64,000 nt of DNA from Thecamonas trahens ATCC 50062 (Eukaryota; Protista; Apusomonadida). The stretch covers positions 469,785-533,784 of the forward strand of contig NW_013657663.1 in assembly GCF_000142905.1 (NCBI RefSeq), read 5' to 3'. The notes beneath the pieces are model-generated. The model had not been told where the DNA came from and did not search any database. It saw only the letters and a list, made by a program, of their open reading frames with translations. A program made the translations under genes and the position numbers. Positions 1 to 13,036 of the stretch are shown here, one piece after another; positions within the stretch are counted from its first letter, which is position 1, and each line of letters begins with the position of its first letter.

Positions 1-689
1 GGCTCGCGGTCGAGGTGCGGCTTGAGGCGCTCATAGTGCTCGCGCGCAGCCCGCGACAGCTCGTCCGGGTCCATCCCACGGAGGCGCTCGCGCGCAGCCT
101 CGCGCTTGAGCGACACCGCCGACGGCGTCGACATCCGCGGCGAGTGGCTCCGCTTGCGCTTCTTCTTGCTCATCGGCTTCTTCTTCAGCTGCAGCAGGTC
201 CGCCGCTGCGTTGGCGGCAGACTTGTGGGCAGAACCGGTCATCGCCGCCTGCGCCGCCGCCATCCGCGCTCGCATCTGCGCCTGCATCTGCATCTGCGCC
301 ATCTGCATCTGCGCCATCTGCATCTGCATCTGCATCGGGTTCGCCGCAAACGCCGCAGCGTACATCGGCATCGCCGCCATCATCTGCATCTGCTGCGCCG
401 CCATGCGCTGGTAGCCAGGCACCACATGCGCCGGGGCGGGGTACGCCACTCCGTTGAGCATCCGCGGGGCAGAGCCACTCGGGCTCGAGCCCGCCCCTGC
501 CGCATTCACAACAGGCTGCGGCGGCTGCGAACCTTCGCGCACGGGCTCAAGGCAGCCTTTGACCGCTCCCCCTGGGAGCGACCGCGGCGTCGGCGACCGC
601 TCGACAAATCCGGCTCCAGACACCGGGAGGGATGGCTTGGACATAGCAACGTTACGCGGTGACGGCTTGAAGTCTACGACTCGAGACAT
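1..689 (-). CDS. Partial (3' end outside window) Gln/Met-rich protein with basic NLS-like patch; possible transcriptional regulator
   Basis: Absent from the ORF track because it runs off the window. Manual translation from ATG at 689: MSRVVDFKPSPRNVAMSKP...YQRMAAQQMQMMAAMPMY...PMQMQMQMAQMQMAQMQMQAQMRARM...LKKKPMSKKKRKRSHSPR...ELSRAAREHYERLKPHLDRE, with no stop to position 1. Confidence 0.7.
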   Translation of the reverse strand, partial: MSRVVDFKPSPRNVAMSKPSLPVSGAGFVERSPTPRSLPGGAVKGCLEPVREGSQPPQPVVNAAGAGSSPSGSAPRMLNGVAYPAPAHVVPGYQRMAAQQMQMMAAMPMYAAAFAANPMQMQMQMAQMQMAQMQMQAQMRARMAAAQAAMTGSAHKSAANAAADLLQLKKKPMSKKKRKRSHSPRMSTPSAVSLKREAARERLRGMDPDELSRAAREHYERLKPHLDRE

Positions 690-2534
690 TAACTCCAAGG
701 AAATCTGCGCAATGCCAGAGGCCACACATCAAAGGGGCAGATCCAACAGAGCGCGGGCGAGGACAAAGCAGGTCCGGACGCGTGAAACATGCCGACAAGT
801 CATCGTCATGATGCCGTGCCAGGTCATCCAAAAAAAATCGCCACCACCACCATCCGTCCACGACAGGGAAGCAGCCGACGCGGGGATCACCCGAACACAA
901 AAGCAGGGCGAGAGAGTGAGTACAGTTGTGTGGGTGGAAGGAGAGATGGAACCCGCCGTATAATTCATGCCTCTTTCCCAGGTGTTCAAGCGAGCAAGGC
1001 CGAGACTGTGGCCAAGGCTGCGCCTCGCGGGGCGGTAGGAAAGGGGGGGGGGACAGGCTGCGCCAGGCGATACTCCCTTGCCATGCATTCCTATCAAGAG
1101 ATGAATTGATAAATGGCACGCGATGCCAAAAAAGGTGCTCAGCGGAGAGCCGGTGGTGGAGCGGCAGGAGCGCGAAAGTGGTGGCGTGGCGCCTTGCGGA
1201 GGTTGAAGGTTGGCCGAGGGGAGGCTGGAGCGGGGGAAGGGGTGAGGGGGGGGGGAGATAACGAACAGGTTGGAGGTTGGAGACCTGGGCGAATATAACA
1301 CAAGTCACAGATAGACAATAGTCCTTGTAGGGGTCTGGGGAATGTGGGTGGGTGGGAAGAGGCGGTGTTGTAGACGGGTGGTGGCTGTGGAGCACTTGCC
1401 GGTAGCAACACCGGTCGCCGTCAAACAGTCCAAAGGGGCAAAAAATGGCATCGGCTGGCCGGGAACGCTACGCCGGTTTGCCCAAAAGGGCAAAATCGGG
1501 TGCTCCAGCAGACCGTCCGGTGGGCGTAAAAAACGGCCAATTTCGCCGTAGCCGTTCGCGCCATCTGTTTTGCCGTTTCGGGCAAAATTAGCAACGCTGC
1601 GTCGCGTCAGCCCGCACGTCCACCGGCTGAGGCCTAAAGAACGGGGAAACGATGACAGAGCGACGGAAGCTCGCACAGAGCCAGAGTGACTTGCCGGTAA
1701 AGCACTCGTACAAAAATCAGGGTTGGAAAACTGGTCCAAAGCCCCCTACGTACCACCGGCTGAGTGGTGACAGAGGCCATTCTTGGCCGGCGGAATGCAA
1801 GCCCGAGACAAACAGGCCCCTGCCGACGGCCGGCTACCAGGCTTTGGTCGAGCTGAGGGGCGTTGCTATTGCTCATGCTAACTACAGAATACCCAATGTA
1901 TGTTGTCTGGTGTGGTATACGTACGAGTCCTGGTTTCAGAAAGGTGGGTGGGGGGAGGGGGGAGGAGGGGAGCGTTGGTCCGAAGAGTAGTGTATCAGCC
2001 CTACGCCCCGGTAGCCATTGCTGGAGCGGGTGGCAGCCCGGCAATGTCCGCCTGTCCAATTGTTCACCGCGGGCCAGCCGCGGCACATTGCCCCACACTG
2101 TTCTGATCGGCATATCTAGTGATTCAGAGATGTAAGCGTCGCCAGAGCGGTATAGCTGGTGCAACCTGTCGATTGTGTATAGTTCATGACCATAGCTTTC
2201 GTGTGATGCGCCTTGTATGGGCCTTTACGAGGGTGGCCATGATGGATGTGCTCGAAGGCGACCAGCAATGCGTTACGTTTGCGGGCGTTGACCAACAGGC
2301 AATACTTGCGGCAATACTGCGGTGTGCGGACAAGTCGCATGCGTCCGCACAAGACCAAAACAGGACAGGGCTAGTTACTTACCGCGGGTTTACGATGTGG
2401 CCAGCCCCTGGGTGACCAATAATGTCTGGCAGAAGAGATTGGGGCCGATGATGCGGCCGCCGACAACGATGATGACCCCGAGCCCGAGCCCGAGCCGCCC
2501 GATAGGACCAACGACGGCTATGCATTCCTTTGCC

Positions 2535-5500
2535 TCACGAGCTCGAACGCGAGCTTGGGCTCGAGCTCGAGCTCGAGCCCGAGCTTGAGCTTGAGCTCGA
2601 CCCAAGCCGCTTGTTCGGCTGGACTTGCATGACAGACACAAAGAGCTCCTGATCGGTGGGCATAGGCGGCGGCGCTGGCGTTGATGAGAGCGCAACCAAG
2701 GTGGTGTCATGCTCGAGCGACGAGAGCCGGGGTTTCGCCTGTGCCTCGGGCGAGTGCAGCGTAGTGACAAAGGCCGCAGAGTCGAACGCGTCGCACATCG
2801 AAGTCATCGGCGATGCCGAAACCAGCGGCGGCGGCGGCGGCGGGAGGTCCTTGCTCGAGACCACGAAAGATGACAGCTGCGCATCGGGCAAGTCGCTGCT
2901 GCCCGCGCTGCCGCCGTCGAGCACAACAAATGGCGAGGTGCCTACTGTGGCCTGATCGAGCGTCCCAAGGTTGTCCAGCTCCATGTCAAAGATCTGGCTG
3001 CCGCCAAACGACTCGCCCTCACCAAACACGGCGTCAAACTCGGCCTCGAGCTTTTTGTTCCGCCGCGCGATGAGGATGAGGTCTATGATGTTGCCAACAA
3101 CAATGGCGAGGACGTTGACGATAATTGCGGCCATCGCCGTTCCGTTACGGAAGCTAGCCTCTGCAAACGTGCCCGACCACAGGATGACCATGCATGAGCC
3201 AAGACAAAGCAGCGCGAGCTGGTTGTGGAACATTGTTTCGTATGGCAGGTACCGCGCAAGCTGCATAAACGACATTACAAGAGCAAACAGCGCCACACTC
3301 GCCTTGGTCAATGGAGCACGGAAAAAGGTCATGGCCAGCACAACCGCGGCCTTGCGCGCCATGATCCACACCTCGAATCGATAGTTGGCCGGCGAGAACC
3401 GCCCCACCAGAAACGCATACCGCAGGCTGAACAGGTCGGGATTGCTCACCCGCTTGAGCCGAGTGAGTAGCGCAAAGACTCCTAGAGGGAGCCCGACGCA
3501 GTAGATCGCACTGAAGAGGACAGCCATGCCAAAGTAGTTCCAGTACCACGTTCCGTAGCAGCTCTTGGCCGGCGCAGCCTCGAGGACCCACCGCCCGTCC
3601 TTGTCGCGGCGGCACTGGAGATAGCTCATTGCCATCGCCGCCAGCGGCAGGTACAGCAGCACCATCAGCTGCAGGTAAGCCCGCCGACAGGCATCCCGCA
3701 GCGCGCCGACCGTCAGCTTGACGTCCCGGCCCATTCGCGGCGCGAGGTGCGCCTTGTAGGCCAGGAAGCCACAGTAGACAGCGGCAAACGGAAAGAGGAA
3801 GAGCAGCGGGAGCAGGACCGTGATCCACCACTTGAGCAGCCACACGTCGTCCGTCACCGTTGCACACTCGGGCGAGCTCAGGTCAAAGTTGAGGTTAAAG
3901 AACGAGACCACGTTGAAGAACTGCGCCGCAAAGTTCGACCACGGCAGCTCAAACTGGCCGTACATTGCACTGATCTGCAGCGAGTTGAAGCCAATCATGG
4001 CCGCCGCAAACTTGTAGCTCAGCTCCTCCTTTGCGTTGAGCCACACGAGCACACCCACCACAAGCACAGAGAGCAGCATCACCAGCCCCAACAACGGCAG
4101 CGTCCGGTTGTCGCACTTGTAGCACTCACCAGAGAGCGCATAGTATCTGCGGGCACACGCCCCACACAGCCGCCCGGTGTAGCCCTTGGCGCACGCAAAC
4201 GGGTAGCCACCACGACACGCCCGCGCGTTCGGGCACTCGAGGAACACACCCGGCTCGTTGGTCGGAAAGTAGCCCGGTAGAGCCACAGGCATCGCCAGCC
4301 CGCCGTCACACCGTGCACCCTCGGGGCACTCGATGCACGGCTCGTTGATCTCGCGGAGCATCGAAAAGTAGCCCGGAATACAGGTACAGTTGAGTCCGCC
4401 ACCGGCCACAGGCACAAAGCCCTGTTCAACCTGCGCGTTGACCGGGCACGTGAGACACTCGGTCGCCCCGATGCCGGTCAGAACGGTCGACTCGGGACAG
4501 ATCTCGCACGGCTCCAGCGAGGTCTCGGCAGAAACCGTGCCCTCGGTGCAGAGAGCGCACTCGAGGACGGTCGAGCCTGACTTGACCAGCGCACCCGAGC
4601 CGGGCAGGCATGCCTGCACCACAACCGAGCCACTGATTCGTGCACCCGGCGCAAGCTCCAGCGACATCGCAGACCGCGCCACTTGCACATGCAGTTCGAC
4701 TGCCACCCCAACGTCGGCACCGATCCGCGCTGCCACCCCCACGCCCGAAAAGGCAAGGACTTCGGCATCCAGCGGCTGCTGTCGCCCAGAGCCCACAAAC
4801 GCATACGCGCTCTCGAGCGAGAGATCCGCGAGCTCCATCGCCACCATCACTTGTGGGTCGACCACAACCTGGCCAAAACCGTCGAGGGCCATCACTTGCC
4901 CGGCGCCCGCGCCAAAGAGCGTGCCTGACGAGATGACCGCCGGGAGGCTGCTAACCCACGCTAAAGACACCAACGGGCCGCCAACCAGCGGCGCGTACCC
5001 AACCGCGTCGACAACAGCAGGCAAACTCGCGTTGACCACGACCTCCATCGCTGGCGCGACATCGATCCACGGCGCGCTCCGCAGGAAGCTGCCATAGCTG
5101 GTGCTCACCTCCGGCGCTGTGCAGCATGGGTCAGACCCAGACGCGCAGTAACCCGCTTGTGCGTGGCAGACAAAGAACATCCCTGTGGCAGGCAGCATCT
5201 GCTCAACAGCTTTTGTCGGGTCCAGCTCAAACGGTTCGTTCCCCGAGCCGGCCAGCACCACCCTGGCACCACAGGCAAATCCAACCGCGCCGTACACTGC
5301 CCGGTTTCGCACCAGTGCAGTCTCTCTTATTTCCACCACTCCGCGTTGGACGCATCCAGCTGGTTCACTCCCGACAGGCATCGCGAGCGCCTCCAGCGAT
5401 GAGCTTGATGGCTCGATCGGAAACCCGTTCGCCGACGTCACCCCGCGCAGGTACTGCGACTCGGAGGCGGCAGCCACGGCACCACCAAACGATGCCTCGT

Positions 5501-8500
5501 TTTCACGCATCTGAGCATCAGCGCTCGTAAACGAGCCGCCACCAACCACCGCCAGCGCACCGCCGAGCCGTCGAGCCGCATTTGTCACAATCACTGCCCC
5601 GCCGTCGAGCCGACCGTCGGCCTGCTGGCCGGCAAGCATCATGCCACCGCCGTGGTGGCCAGCCATGTTGTCGACGACTGACGTACCGCCGGTGACGTCG
5701 AGTCGAACAGTCGCACTCACGCCGTGGGCCTCGAGCGCAATGGCGCCGCCAGACTTGGCCGCGCGGTTGCGCGCCAGCTCTGCATTCCCGCCCACCCACA
5801 GCCTACAGGCCGAGCCCTGAATAGCCTCGAGCAGTAGCGCGCCACCCGAGCCCTCGGTGGCCTCGTTCTCATTAAGCTCACTCGACTTCACCCGCACGTC
5901 TATCTCCGCGGACTTGATCGAGTGTGCGTGGAGCGCTCCTCCGCCGTCGCGCACAACGTTGCGCGAGAGCACGCTGCCCGAGACCTCAATCTCTATGTCG
6001 CCACGGATGGCGGTGACCGCAAGAACGCCACCGACCCGTGCCGAGGTGAACGACGGCGAGACGCCGGCCGCGGAGTTGTCGGTGAGCATGGAGTTGTTGA
6101 TGACAACCCGTGACGTGCCACCCGACGACTCGACAAAGATACAGCCGCCCGATACCTCGGCAGAGTTCCAGGCGCAGACCACACGCTCGAGTTCGACGTG
6201 GACGTCTGCACCGACTGCCGCGACCGCGCCACCCGAGCGGTCGGCAGTGTTCGACGCCAGCACGCTGTCGTAGGCCACAAGCGACGCGCTGTCGCGGAGC
6301 AGGATGGCGCCTCCAAAGCCAAAGGTCGGCGATGCCACGGTGGGATCGTCGCCCTGGCGGGCAGTACAGTTGGCGAGAGTGACGTTGCGGAGGATAACAG
6401 TGCCGTCGGTCACGCCGAGCACTGCACCGCCAAACTGGACTGACGTCGTTGTGGCGCGGACAACGGTCAGGTTTTCCAGCTGAATGACAATGCCCGGTTC
6501 GGAGGATGCAAACAGTGTACCGCCGCCGGGTCCACAGTCGACAACGACATGCCCGATGCCCAGGAGATGAACCGACCGCGAAAGTACATGCGGTTGGTCC
6601 TTCCAGCAGCCAGAGTACGTGCCTTGCGGTAGCTCAACAATGTCGAGGTTGTACGTGCCCGGGTGGCGGACCATAGTGTCGACGACGCACGTCAGCGTGT
6701 AGCCGCACGTCTCAACCGGGACCCGGAACCGGGCCGGCGCCCGCAGAGTGCGGAAGACCGAGTTGATGCCGGCGTACCCTGCCGACCGGGTGTATGTCCA
6801 CTGCGAGGACGTGAGCCAGTCCGGGTAGCCGTCACCATCAACATCAAGGACTTGCGCGTAGTTGGCACGTGTTTCGGAGGCGTACTTGTTGCGGATGTCG
6901 TACCACCGGTTGACGATGCGGAGCCGCGACCGACCGGCCGATGAAGACGTGTCGTCAAACTCGGTCTCGTTGTACATGCCGCCGACGTTGAGGTAGAGGA
7001 CGACACTGCGCGAGGTTGGAAATGCGATGATGTCACTCCAGCCATCGAGGTTAAAATCGGCCACTGCCATGCCCACCGTCGTTGCCGGGCGGTCTTCGGC
7101 GGCCGGGCTTAGGTCGCGCCACTCGGCGTACTGCGGGAGGAGGATGCGGGGCGGACCGAGAAGCGGCGCCAACGGCGTGCCCAGGTTCACGGCATACGCT
7201 GCGTTCTCAACCCACTCGGCACCGGTGACGAGGTCAACAAGACCATCGTTGTTGAGATCGATGGCACAGAGTGTCCAGATGTCACCGGTCCTGTCGGGTT
7301 GGAGCTCGACAAACGGCGCCATGCCCCACGGCGCGCCTGCCACGCTCGGCGCGGACACGCCTAACATGACCCGGTCGGACTTGTAGCAGGCGACAAGCAC
7401 GTCGGGCGCACCATCGCCAGTCATGTCGGCGGCCGCCATGTCATGTGCAAAGTTACAGGTCTCATCCGGGAGGGCGGCGAGGACGTACGGGTCGTCAAAG
7501 CGGCCGCTTGCGGATGCGTTGCCCGGCAAGAGGCCGACGGTGCCCGCGACGCCGGCGAGGAGAAAGACTGAGTACACCGGGTCCGAGCTGTTGGCCAGCG
7601 GTAGCAGCTGGCCATGCATTCGGTGAACGCCGACAAGATCCGGCGCGTCGAGGGTGGTGTTGGCGGTGATGATCACCACGTCCTCGGCCCGAAAGTAAAG
7701 AGGCGGCCCGATGTTGGGAATCCAGCCGATGGTGTTGTGCTGGTAGCCGGTGGCAAAGACCACGTCTTGCACGCCATCGTTGTTGACGTCGGCAGACTCA
7801 AGGGCGACGACTCGACCGCCGAGCTCGAGCCAGACGTCGTACGAGACCTCAAAGGTCGGCGAGTCAAAGAAGAACCGCAGCCGTCCACTCTCTTCGCTCG
7901 CCGGGTGGTAGATGACAAAGTCGACGTGGGAGTCACGGTTGTAGTCTGCAGCGGTCGAAGCTGAGATGTACATCTCCTCCAGAGGATCACGGTCAACGAG
8001 CTGCGAGGCCTTTCTCGCGCCGGGGTAGCCGAGGTTGGGAAGAAAGGCAACGCCACGAGTGGTGGGAAACATGATGTCGATGTAGCCGTCAGTGTCGACG
8101 TCGACAAGGGCAAGGCCCTTGACCGCTTGATTTGCGCCCTGATTCCGCTCAAAGACGCGGATGATGGGTGTGTCGCGGAAGGATGTAAAAGCCGGCGCTC
8201 CGCTCGTGTCGGGCCCGAGGCCCATAAAGTTGTAAATGTAGAACTCGTTGGCCTGGACAACGAGGTCGACGTGGGCGTCCTCGAGTGGGTTGAGGTGACC
8301 GACGACAACATGCATCGAGGTGAAGAAGTTCGCCTCCTCGGCCGGGTATGGGCTTGCCACCAGCGTCCGCACGAGCTGCGAGAGCGAGTTGTTGACGTTG
8401 CGATAGGCATAGACAGTGTAGTAGTCGTTGACGACAATGTCCAAGCTTCCGTCGGCATCGATGTCGGCGACGGCGAGTGTGTTCGGGAGAACGAGGCCGT

Positions 8501-10870
8501 CGGCAACAACAGTACGAGTGGTGGTTGCTTGCGTTGCGGTCGCCCACGTGTCGACCGAGTAGACTGCGATGTAGCCGGAAGTGGTGGCATGCTGCCAGGC
8601 AACGACGACATCGCGGGCGCTGCTAGAGCCGGCAAAGTCGACAAGCTGCATGGCATGCGGCTCATCGCTGGGATCGAGGCCGGACCCGAGGTTTGTCGGC
8701 GTGGAAAAGTTGGCGCCACTGCCCGGGACGGCGCCGGACCCTGCAGCAAACGAGCGGACGAAGACAAGCCGCGAGTTCGACCCGCCGACAGCGATCAGAA
8801 TGTCGACGTCGCCATCGGCGTCGCGGTCACCAAAGAGCGAGGCGCGCGGGATGCCACTCAGCGGAACGACAAGCTGCTGATAACCGTAGCGCGGGGTGGC
8901 GACAGCAAGCGAATGGCCAGTGCCTGGTCCGGACGTGACATAGAGCGAGAGCGAGCGCGAGTTGGTGGTGAGGTGGATGGTGGCAACGTCGCCGACGCCA
9001 TCGCCGGAAAAGTCGTCAATGGAAAAGACATAGGACTCGCCGCGGACTCCGGCGACGTGGCCGACAGGTCGATTGAGGTCGAATATCCGGCCCGGGAGCT
9101 CATACAGCTGGTTGCGATAGTAGTGGATGGAGCGCTGGATGTCAAACTTCCAGTCGTAGTTCTGCATGTTGTCAAGGCCGACAATATCGGGCAAGCCGTC
9201 GCCGTCCATGTCGATGATCTTGATGGAAGTGGCATTGGTGGCGCCGGGCGCATCAAAGAGTGATGCGATGGAGAACTGGTTCGAGGACTCGTCAAAGAGG
9301 AAGCAGAAGATGCGATTGTAGAGAGCGGTACCGCAAGCGTCGAGGTAAGTGTCGTTGTTGATGTCACCGACGGTGACTCGCCAGGGATTCTCGACATCGT
9401 AGTTGAAGTCTGTGTACGAGCCATCGCCCTCGTTGCGGCGGTAGGCAACAACGTCAGGGTCGTACTCGGCAAAGACAATGTCAATGTCGCCGTCGCGATC
9501 AACGTCTTGGAACTCGACGGACCAGATGTCCTCGCGGCCGATAAGGGTATCGGCGACGGGCCCGGGGGCGTAGAGCTGTGTGTTGTTGGCGGCAACGTTG
9601 GGGAAGAGCGGCATGGTGCCGTGCGAGCACGTGAGAATGATGTCAAGCATAGAGTCCATGTTGTAGTCGACGATGTTGATGAAGCGGCAGTCGGAGTGGT
9701 CGGCGAGGTCGTTAGTGATCTCGACGCTGGGGTACGTAGCATCAAAGACGCCCGGGGCAGCAGCGTGGCGGTAGAAGACGCACTCGGAGCTTGTAAACCA
9801 GGCCAGGTCGTTGAAGCCGTCGTTGTTAAAGTCTGCAACAGCGACGTCACGGATGTAGCCGCACTGCGAAGTGAACGAGTACACGGTGTTACGAGTCTCG
9901 TCAAAGACGCCATCGCCGAGGCCACGGTACCAGGTAAGATGGTGATTGTAGCCCGAGTGGGTAGAGGTTGCCCAAGATGACCAGAACATGTCCTTGATGC
10001 CGTCCGTGTCGAGATCGAAGAAGCGGACGGTTTGATGCTTGTTGGCAAACACCCGCTTCTTCTCGAACGAGTTTTGGTGATCACCAATGATGGTGTTGAC
10101 GAGGACTGGTGTAGCGCCTGTGAGCATGCCGTGCGCGACGCGGATGCCATCCGACTCGATGGTGACAACATCTGGGATGCTGTCACTGTCCAGGTCGCCG
10201 ACCCAGCCACCGCCGGTGATGTCGAGGGCGGCCAGTGATCCGGCGTCGCGGCTCAGCGGGACGGCGAACGAGTCGGCCTGGGTCGCCGCTCCTCCCATCA
10301 CTGCAGCCGGGCATGCAGAGAGATTGGATGCGGCGTGAGCAGGTGGAAAGGGCGAGACGTAGCCGTCAGGCGCAGGCGCGGTTGTAGGAACGGTACCGGC
10401 TCTCGGAAAGGATGACGGTACCACGACGACGCCGTAGTTTGAGATAGCGGCCAGATCACGATGTCCATCGCAGTCAATGTCAACAGCCACTGGAACAAAC
10501 CCGCCAGAGGCATAGAGCGTCGAGCCAAACAGTGGATGGTAATGACGGCCATAGTGAAGAGGCTGCGTTGTCGGCTGTGTGGCAGATGAGGTGCGTTGAT
10601 TGAAGGGCGTTTTTTTTTTTCCGCCATGCTTTCCCGTGAGTTTCTCATTTCGAGAGGTTTGCTTGCTATCACTGACCATGCACGCTGCAAGCCGGGCTCT
10701 CGGGGAAAGTGGGAGGAAGTGGAGGGGAGTGCAATGCTAAGGGCTGCGGAGAGAGGAGGAGAAGAGGGAGGACGTACTGGCGGGGGTAGAGTGACTGAGA
10801 ATGCCAAGGAAGAAGAAAAGGTTGCAATTGACAGCACAAGGATTGGGAGCACGGCTGTGGAGAGGGCCAT
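2535..10870 (-). CDS. Giant membrane protein: signal peptide, ~21 FG-GAP/VCBS repeats, pectin-lyase-like beta-helix, Cys-rich GCC2/GCC3-type repeats, ~9-TM FLC/TRP-like domain, Pro/Ser-rich tail
   Basis: The 2714-aa ORF 2535-10679 has repeated DxDxDGxxD motifs, GGA/NxA repeats, CxxCPxG repeats and hydrophobic helices. A signal-peptide-like segment (MALSTAVLPILVLSIATFSSSLA, ATG 10870) lies just upstream in another frame. The junction near 10560-10690 (intron or A-run error) is unresolved. Confidence 0.85.
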
Positions 10871-11010
10871 GACCGGCCGGGGGCGGTGGCGTCTGATCGG
10901 ACGGTGAAGTGGTTCAAGTCGAGCTGTACCCACGCGGCGCGGGAGCTTTCAGTTGCGACACCAGACAGAGAACTCGACTAAGGGGTGTGACAAGAAAGGG
11001 CAGAGGTTGT

Positions 11011-12120
11011 TCAAGATGATGCCGATGATGGGTGAGCGGTGGAAGGCGAAGGGTGAGCGGGGTCATCAGCAGTGTTGTCGGCGACGATGCCGGTGTGGGG
11101 TTCCGGTGCATGGTCGGCATCGAGGGAGAGGGGTAGGGCGGGTGCGGCGGCGGCGGTGGCGGCGGCCTTGGCGTCACGGCCGGCGTTGAGGCCATCGAGG
11201 AGGACACAAGCCTGGCAGAGGCCGTCTCTGGCAAAGCCCGAAGTGATGTAGTTGCATCTGGAGCACTCTGTGAGGTTTGCGGCGTTGGTTGCGGCGGTGG
11301 GGACGACGAGGTGCTCTGCAGCGCGGATGATGTCGATGATGGCCGAGGGGCGGACGCGCTCGAGATCCTTGAGATACTGGCGGGCAAAGCCGCGGTAGGC
11401 GTTGGGCGAGTAGATGCACTCTGTGGAAAAGTAGACCAGATCTTTGTAGTAGGCGTAGAGAACGATCTCCTTTTCGTAGCAGTACTTGAGCGGCTTGCAG
11501 CGCGGGACAAAGTTATCAGAAGAGCCCGAGGTGACGATGGAGACGCAACGGCCAAGACGGGAGATGTCGCCGCGGAGGATGTTCATGAGGACGGTCTCGG
11601 CCATGTCGTCTGCGTTGTGGCCGGTGACGATGCAGTCTGCTTGCTCGAGCAGGGCGCCGCGATCGAGGGCCTGCCTGCGGAAAACACCGCAAAAGGTGCA
11701 GTTGTTCTTGAGACCGATCTGTGCAACGACGTCGTCCATGGACCACCCGTAGAGGTCTGCGTAGGAGAGGATGCGGAGATCCATGCCGTAGTCGACCTTG
11801 TTCTGCTTGACCGTCTCGAGCGAGTCGTCACGATATCCGGTGATGCCCTCATCAATGGAGAGGAGGAAGAGATCCAGACCGTAATCATACTTTTCATTGA
11901 GAACCTTGAGGACATAGGCGAGGACCGTCGAGTCCTTGCCACCAGAGGCACCAATGGCTACCCGCATGCCCCGAGTAAAGAGCGAGTGAGCGACAATGGT
12001 GGCATGGACCTCGGACTCAAACGCGTCAAAGAAGCACTCCTTGCACACCTTCTGCCCCGTCTTGGGTCGCACAAGTACAGGTGGTACACTTGTACATGCC
12101 TGACACACAATCTTGGCCAT
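11011..12120 (-). CDS. CTU1: Cytoplasmic tRNA 2-thiolation protein 1 (Ncs6/Ctu1)
   Basis: N-terminal CxxC..RPKTG..CKECF, PP-loop [48 protein letters not shown]-terminal CxxC...CxxC. Confidence 0.97.
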   Translation of the reverse strand: MAKIVCQACTSVPPVLVRPKTGQKVCKECFFDAFESEVHATIVAHSLFTRGMRVAIGASGGKDSTVLAYVLKVLNEKYDYGLDLFLLSIDEGITGYRDDSLETVKQNKVDYGMDLRILSYADLYGWSMDDVVAQIGLKNNCTFCGVFRRQALDRGALLEQADCIVTGHNADDMAETVLMNILRGDISRLGRCVSIVTSGSSDNFVPRCKPLKYCYEKEIVLYAYYKDLVYFSTECIYSPNAYRGFARQYLKDLERVRPSAIIDIIRAAEHLVVPTAATNAANLTECSRCNYITSGFARDGLCQACVLLDGLNAGRDAKAAATAAAAPALPLSLDADHAPEPHTGIVADNTADDPAHPSPSTAHPSSASS

Positions 12121-13036
12121 CTCCTGCTGCAGGTGGGATGGGGAGAGGTGTGCTTGTGGCGACCGTGACCGTGATAGTCATTGATGGCCAACAGATCAAA
12201 GTCGTCCGAAGCGCTAGAGGCCGCGATGAAGTCGGGTGACCACACAGCCTCGGTTACCGACCGAGCGGTCGCTCCACCGGCCCGATGGCATGAGATCTCC
12301 TTGTATTGGCTGTGCTGGCCTTCAGTGTCAGCTCATCGTGCCGGTTGGCACAGTGCCCCGCGTATACATGAGCTGCAGCCGCGCGCTCGCGCACACCCGA
12401 GGCCAATCAAGGCCATCGGAGCTCTTAGCAAGCAAAGTACCAGCCGCCAGTGTTAGCAACTCGTAGCAGTCGCGTCGTTAGCACACCCATCGTCGGCAAC
12501 TTGTCCATTCTGCCAGCGGATCAGGCGGTGTGACGTTCCGCTACCATCGCCAGTAACCTGTGGAACTGGACTCTATGCCATCGGTCTGATCATCAGACCA
12601 TGATGGCAACACGAGTTGAGCGACGAGGTGATAAAACAGGCTTGGTCCTTCGAGCCTTTGTTGTATGATCGTCGACATGGACTTGGTTTTGCCTTGGTAG
12701 CCCGGATCAAGACCACGACAGCCGCCCATGAAAGAGACGAAAGGCGAACGCTGTGTGTGCTCAAGGCTTTGGGCCATGGGTGTGTCCTAATTGCAGGATG
12801 GGATACATGACCTTGGCAAGTAGTTGGAAATTGCATGCATGAGTATGTGTGTGGACGATGCGATGCGAATCGAGTCTTGCATCTGCTTCCTCCATTACCT
12901 TTGCGGTTAGGAGTGTCCCACCCCCTCCATCATCATCCAGACGTGAACGCGACACGGCGAATGACGACCTTGCTGACGACGACAGCCGCGACGACGACGT
13001 CACCAGGTCTGCCACCACTTTTCTTCCATACACACT

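Noticed and set aside
15-662. Plus-strand His/Arg-rich and Cys/Ile-rich ORFs (possible metal-binding peptides)
   Set aside because: They are antisense shadows of the minus-strand Gln/Met-rich frame.
1400-2420. Lower-GC intergenic stretch with short GGGCAAAA/TTTGCCC motifs; possible transposon remnant or pseudogene
   Set aside because: No terminal repeats, target duplication or recognisable protein motif could be established by eye.
2538-2600. Self-complementary (TCGAGC)n tract, possible hairpin element
   Set aside because: It encodes the poly-Ser tail of the receptor ORF.
12470-12860. Short ORFs between CTU1 and the M20 peptidase
   Set aside because: No motifs or typical codon bias, so not supportable as genes.
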